64,000 nucleotides of DNA from Candidatus Hydrogenedentota bacterium (lineage in GTDB: Bacteria; Hydrogenedentota; Hydrogenedentia; Hydrogenedentales; SLHB01). Below the pieces are notes generated by a model. It made no database searches, was not told the DNA's origin, and saw nothing but the letters and a program-made list of their open reading frames with translations. Position numbers and translations under genes: made by a program. Each line of letters opens with the position of its first letter. Within the stretch, counting starts at the first letter, position 1. Location of the stretch: positions 106,677-170,676 of the forward strand of contig BTWA01000001.1 in NCBI GenBank assembly GCA_045863295.1, written 5' to 3'. Positions 59,901-64,000 of the stretch are shown one piece after another.

Positions 59901-60350
59901 ATGAAAAAGGTAGCGATAGTTGCGGCAGTGGCTCTTATCGGTATGGTTACTTCGTTCGCGGCGACGGTGGGTGTTCCCCACTACTTGGACGACGGTAACG
60001 CGACCGGTGCGGCTCTTCTTCCGACGAACGACGGCGCGGCGACGTACATTGCGTTGCACAACCTGACGGGTTCGGCGGCAGTTTGTACTGTCCAGTACTT
60101 CGACAACGACGGTACGGCTCGTACTCCGGCTGTGAACACGTTCTTGATTCCGGCGGGTGCGGCATTCTCGTTCCGTCCGGTGGCGACCGATCCTTCGGAA
60201 GGTGCTGGCGGTGCTGTTCCGAACAAGAACGGCGGTAAGGTTGCTGGTACGGCGATCGTCACGGTTCCCGGCACGGCCGCTCAATGGGCGGGCCGCGTTG
60301 CGACGCATGACGACGATTACTCGTACGCGTACACCCTTATCTTCAACTAA
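59901..60350 (+). CDS. Small secreted protein of unknown function, probably very highly expressed
   Basis: AAGGAGGTGA RBS, Sec signal MKKVAIVAAVALIGMVTSFA|A, strongly optimised codon usage. Confidence 0.85.
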   Translation: MKKVAIVAAVALIGMVTSFAATVGVPHYLDDGNATGAALLPTNDGAATYIALHNLTGSAAVCTVQYFDNDGTARTPAVNTFLIPAGAAFSFRPVATDPSEGAGGAVPNKNGGKVAGTAIVTVPGTAAQWAGRVATHDDDYSYAYTLIFN

Positions 60351-60437
60351 TTCGGCCAACGGTCTCCGTTAGCCGGACTCGAAGACAGGTGTAGGGAAGG
60401 TTCCTTACGGGCCATTCTTTCAGATTTCGAGTCTAAG

Positions 60438-60479
60438 AGGTGAGAATGTCGAGATGGACATGCTCACCTTTTTTATTTT
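60438..60479 (+). terminator. Rho-independent terminator
   Basis: AGGTGAG-A-ATGTC/GACAT-G-CTCACCT stem followed by TTTTTATTTT. Confidence 0.85.
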
Positions 60480-60777
60480 GCCCGGTTCGATGTACCCCTC
60501 ATTTTCGTGTTTTCATCCTCCCCGTCGAATCGCTACAATGAGGCTCAGGCTAACCCGCATTCTGCACCACGCACGCTTTAAGCGTGGTGCAAAATGCTCA
60601 CACAGAATCGGCTGGGCTTGAGACACTGAGGATATTTCACGAGCACACTGTACTTGCATCGGATTGGTCAATGGCCCGGTGGAATAGTTGTTACAAAGTT
60701 AGTTGGACAACGTCGTGAAATATCCGGGCTAAACGTCCAGCAAAAATGTCCTTTTGGGAGAGTTATGAGATTGATCC

Positions 60778-61989
60778 ATGGTGTTTGAAGACTTTGGTTT
60801 GGATCCGCGGTGTCTGCATGTATTGCGAGAGTGGGATATCCACACCCCGACCCCGGTGCAGGCACAAGCCATACCGATAGCGTTGGAAGGCCACGATCTC
60901 ATTGCCGTTGCGCAAACCGGAACCGGCAAGACGCTGGGCTACACCCTTCCCTGCTTGACGCGATTGGCGCAAGGCAAAGTGCACAGCAACATGATGCTGG
61001 TGCTCGTGCCCACGCGGGAATTGGCCCAACAAACCCATGAAGTAATCAACGACATGGGAAAGGCCCTGGGTATACGCGCTTCGTTAATTTATGGCGGTGT
61101 CGGCTACGACAAACAGAACCGCGACCTGAAGAAGGGTTGCGCAGTGGTGGTAGCCACCCCCGGGCGTTTGCTCGATCACTTGGAACGCGGCAACGCGCAC
61201 TTCGGCGAACTGGTCATTCTGGTCCTCGATGAGGCGGATCGCATGCTGGACATGGGATTTCTCCCGGACATCAAGCGAATCTTGTGCAAACTCCCCAACG
61301 ATCGCCAGACGCTCATGTTTTCCGCCACCTTTCCAGACGAAATCTCGCGCCTCGCCCGCGAAATGCTCCACGAGCCGGAACGCGTCACCGTTGGTGCGAC
61401 ACACAAACCCGTCGACAAAGTGCGGCAGGTGTTGTACACCGTCCAGGTGGAAAACAAGAGCGACTTGCTCCTGCAACTCTTGGAAGGCAGTACCGTCAAC
61501 TCAACCATGATCTTTCTGCGCACCAAAGAACGCACGGAACGGTTGGCGCATCTGTTGAAGAGGCATAAACTGAAGGCCGTGGCGATTCACGGCGATCGGT
61601 CCCAAAGCCAACGCGAAGAGGCCCTTCGAGGTTTCCGTTCAGGCAAGTACAGTATCCTGGTGGCGACCGACGTGGCCGCCCGCGGCCTGGATATCGACGG
61701 CGTCAGTCACGTTTTCAATTACGACATTCCTCCCACCGCGGAAGATTATCTGCATCGGATTGGACGCACCGCACGCGCGGACACCGATGGCGACGCAATT
61801 ACCTTTGTCACGCCCCAGGAATACAAAGAGTTGGAGTCCATCGAACGCACCCTGGGTAAATCCCTTCCGCGCGGCGAATGGGATGGATCTGTAAACGTGC
61901 TATCGCTGTTCGTGCCCAAGGAACAGGAGAAGAAAAGCCGCCCAGCGGCAAATAGACGAGGCCGGCGGGGATTGTTGCGCCGCCGGTAA
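60778..61989 (+). CDS. DEAD-box RNA helicase (RhlE-like)
   Basis: Q motif PTPVQ, AQTGTGKT, PTRELA, TPGRL, DEAD, SAT, ARGLD, HRIGRTAR; basic tail. Confidence 0.96.
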   Translation: MVFEDFGLDPRCLHVLREWDIHTPTPVQAQAIPIALEGHDLIAVAQTGTGKTLGYTLPCLTRLAQGKVHSNMMLVLVPTRELAQQTHEVINDMGKALGIRASLIYGGVGYDKQNRDLKKGCAVVVATPGRLLDHLERGNAHFGELVILVLDEADRMLDMGFLPDIKRILCKLPNDRQTLMFSATFPDEISRLAREMLHEPERVTVGATHKPVDKVRQVLYTVQVENKSDLLLQLLEGSTVNSTMIFLRTKERTERLAHLLKRHKLKAVAIHGDRSQSQREEALRGFRSGKYSILVATDVAARGLDIDGVSHVFNYDIPPTAEDYLHRIGRTARADTDGDAITFVTPQEYKELESIERTLGKSLPRGEWDGSVNVLSLFVPKEQEKKSRPAANRRGRRGLLRRR

Positions 61990-62009
61990 TCGCAATCCAA
62001 TCGATGCGT

Positions 62010-62216
62010 TCACGGATCTACTTCGAATCTGGATTGTAGTTCCCGCATATTGGGCACGTCTGTGTAGAAGATACCACTGGCATCCCGGCCGCTTTCGTAG
62101 TTCTTCTCGATCACAGAGCCCGCATATCCATTGCGGGCAACCCAAGGCATCGCCACCGCCATGCCGAAAATCGTAATGGCAATTGCGGAAAACCAAATAG
62201 CCACATTTCTCGCCAT
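62010..62216 (-). CDS. Small membrane-anchored protein downstream of the exporter gene
   Basis: 68 aa with an N-terminal TM; starts 4 nt after the exporter stop. Confidence 0.6.
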   Translation of the reverse strand: MARNVAIWFSAIAITIFGMAVAMPWVARNGYAGSVIEKNYESGRDASGIFYTDVPNMRELQSRFEVDP

Positions 62217-62220
62217 GTCA

Positions 62221-63534
62221 TTAATCCAAAAGGTTCGGGCGCGTCATGATGACGCCGCTCAACACCAGCCACGATACCAATAGCGAGAGCACGAGGCTGA
62301 AGACTTGTCCCACGATGTACAGATTAAACGGCTTACCGCCCACCATCTGGCTGGTGAGGGATTTGATGTTGGATTCCAATCCAATGGAAACGAATGCCAT
62401 GCAAAACAGCCAATTCCGGTAGCTGTTGGTTTGCGCCAGGAATCCATCCACGACGTCTTCACCCAAGAAGGGGATTAGTACCAACGATGCGAAGATGGAC
62501 GCGCCGAGAAACCCCAGGATGAATTTTGGAAAGCGGGTCCACAGCTCCATCAACGAAGGGCGCTGCCCATTCGCGTCGCGTTCAACATTCGTGACCCAGA
62601 AAAGTGCAATGCCAAATGCAATGACGCCGATCAATATGTTCTGAATCATCTTCACGATGCCCGCGACTGCTTCGGCATTCTCGCCGAGCGCGGCTCCCGC
62701 GGCGACGACCGCGCCGGTGGAATCGATCGTATTGCCCATCCACGCTCCGCCTACCATCTCGTCCAAGCCAAAGAACCGAATGCCCGCGGGCATGGCGATC
62801 ATCATGATCACGGTGAAAATCAGCGACATGCCGATCGCCATTGTCAGATCGTCTTTCTTGGCCTTGCAGGCCGCGCCGGCCGCGATAGCCGCAGAGACAC
62901 CACACACCGACGTGGCGGCCGCGATGACCATCACCAAGGGCTTGTTGGTCATCTTCAGAAATCGTGTGCCATAAAACCACATGAAGACAATGACAACAGG
63001 CGTCACACCCCACGCAATCAAGACACCGTAGAAACTGAATGCGAGGATTTTGTTCAACAGAATATCCGCGCCAAACACCACGAGTCCGGTCTTAATATAG
63101 AATTCCGTGCGGGCACCGTGCATCAGCCACGCGGGCGCGCCAAACGTGTTGCTGACAAGCATGCCAAGGCCCAGTGCCCAGAAAGCATAACTGATGTCAT
63201 ATGCTTTGACGGCCTTTTCATTGGAAACAACATAAGCCAGAGATGCCAGCATGAATACCACGACGAAGCCCGGGACAAATTGTTTCCACGCCGATGCGCC
63301 TTCCATGAACCGGATGGCGAGGGCGAAGACGGCACACAAGGCAAGCGCCAACGGCAGCAGCGGGATAAGCGCGCCCGGCGAATGGGCCTCGAGAAATCCG
63401 CCCCACGCCCACTTCGGCATCGACGGAACAGAATCGATCGCGCCGCAAAAGACCGAGGCCAACAGCGCAAACCCCAACCATACGGCCCACCAGTCCTCGA
63501 TCTTGAATAGACTGGCCACGCTTGACTTGTTCAT
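62221..63534 (-). CDS. Putative sulfate exporter family (YeiH/UPF0324) transporter
   Basis: EDWWAVWLG, EFYIKTGLV, SVCGVSAAIA, GAWMG.TIDSTGAVVAAG, RFPKFILGF. Confidence 0.9.
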   Translation of the reverse strand: MNKSSVASLFKIEDWWAVWLGFALLASVFCGAIDSVPSMPKWAWGGFLEAHSPGALIPLLPLALALCAVFALAIRFMEGASAWKQFVPGFVVVFMLASLAYVVSNEKAVKAYDISYAFWALGLGMLVSNTFGAPAWLMHGARTEFYIKTGLVVFGADILLNKILAFSFYGVLIAWGVTPVVIVFMWFYGTRFLKMTNKPLVMVIAAATSVCGVSAAIAAGAACKAKKDDLTMAIGMSLIFTVIMMIAMPAGIRFFGLDEMVGGAWMGNTIDSTGAVVAAGAALGENAEAVAGIVKMIQNILIGVIAFGIALFWVTNVERDANGQRPSLMELWTRFPKFILGFLGASIFASLVLIPFLGEDVVDGFLAQTNSYRNWLFCMAFVSIGLESNIKSLTSQMVGGKPFNLYIVGQVFSLVLSLLVSWLVLSGVIMTRPNLLD

Positions 63535-63557
63535 GCTTCCCCCGTTATCGCGCCCGA

Positions 63558-64000
63558 TCACCAACTCGACAAGTAGCGGATATAGGTATCAATACCCCGG
63601 TAATAATTGGGCAGATACTGGCGCTCGTTCGGGCCATGAATGCCGTCATCCGGCAGTGCAAATCCCAGCATCACGGTTTCCACGCCAAGCTTTTCTTGAA
63701 GCATGTTCACAATCGGCACCGTGCCGCCTTCGCGCTTGAAAACCGGATCGACCCCGAATACCGCCTTGAGTGCATCCATGGCCTTCTGAATCGCGGGACC
63801 CTTGCGATTCATGATCGCCGGTTTGGCGTGTGCCATTTCCGTCAGTGTCCAAGTGACGGTCGACGGCGCATTGCTCTTCAAGTACGCGCGCAACTGATCG
63901 GCCACTTCGTTGGGATCCTGATCGGGAACCAGGCGCGTCGAAATCTTGGCCATAGCCTTCGCGGGCAGTACCGTCTTCGATCCTGCGCCCGTAAATCCGC
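63558..64000 (-). CDS. M20 family metallopeptidase (dipeptidase/deacylase), 3' part; truncated by the window edge
   Basis: KTVLPAKA.AKISTRLVPDQDP, REGGTVP, GF..PDD.IHGPNE. Confidence 0.9.
   Translation of the reverse strand, partial: GFTGAGSKTVLPAKAMAKISTRLVPDQDPNEVADQLRAYLKSNAPSTVTWTLTEMAHAKPAIMNRKGPAIQKAMDALKAVFGVDPVFKREGGTVPIVNMLQEKLGVETVMLGFALPDDGIHGPNERQYLPNYYRGIDTYIRYLSSW

Noticed and set aside
59901..60350. The missing PilA major pilin
   Set aside because: It has a class I Sec signal rather than G|FxxxE, and no sigma54 promoter upstream.
1..64000. CRISPR arrays, IS elements, prophage
   Set aside because: No regularly spaced direct repeats, transposases, integrases or phage structural genes seen by eye.

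Overview
A 64-kb, GC-rich bacterial chromosomal window with about 50 CDSs and one tRNA-Lys(UUU). I saw no CRISPR array, prophage, transposase or integrase. The gene mix (LptFG, DUF1559 prepilin, many secreted CAZyme-like proteins, sigma54 activators) suggests a diderm heterotroph such as Candidatus Hydrogenedentes; this is inference only. Housekeeping genes include aspS, cysS, dcd, queC, a cysE-like gene, fdxA, lptFG, an L-rhamnose isomerase and a DEAD-box helicase. The most unusual element is a 763-aa gene heading a pilB-pilT-pilS-pilR type IV pilus cluster. It fuses an MshEN (c-di-GMP receptor)/T2SSE-N module, through a helical repeat linker, to a DnaA-type AAA+ ATPase that lacks the DNA-binding domain IV. 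The cluster has no pilC, but a stand-alone protein resembling the PilC N-terminal domain lies about 9 kb upstream. Other notable items: (i) an operon behind a sigma54-type promoter in which Rieske and cytochrome b genes sit between two cytochrome-bd-like subunits, one fused to cytochrome c; (ii) a small secreted protein with all the signatures of very high expression; (iii) a gene behind a sigma28-type promoter encoding a Ca-binding-motif protein; (iv) a c-di-GMP-I (GEMM)-like RNA fold; (v) a 37-aa membrane microprotein missed by the ORF track. All family calls come from reading motifs by eye, not from database searches.
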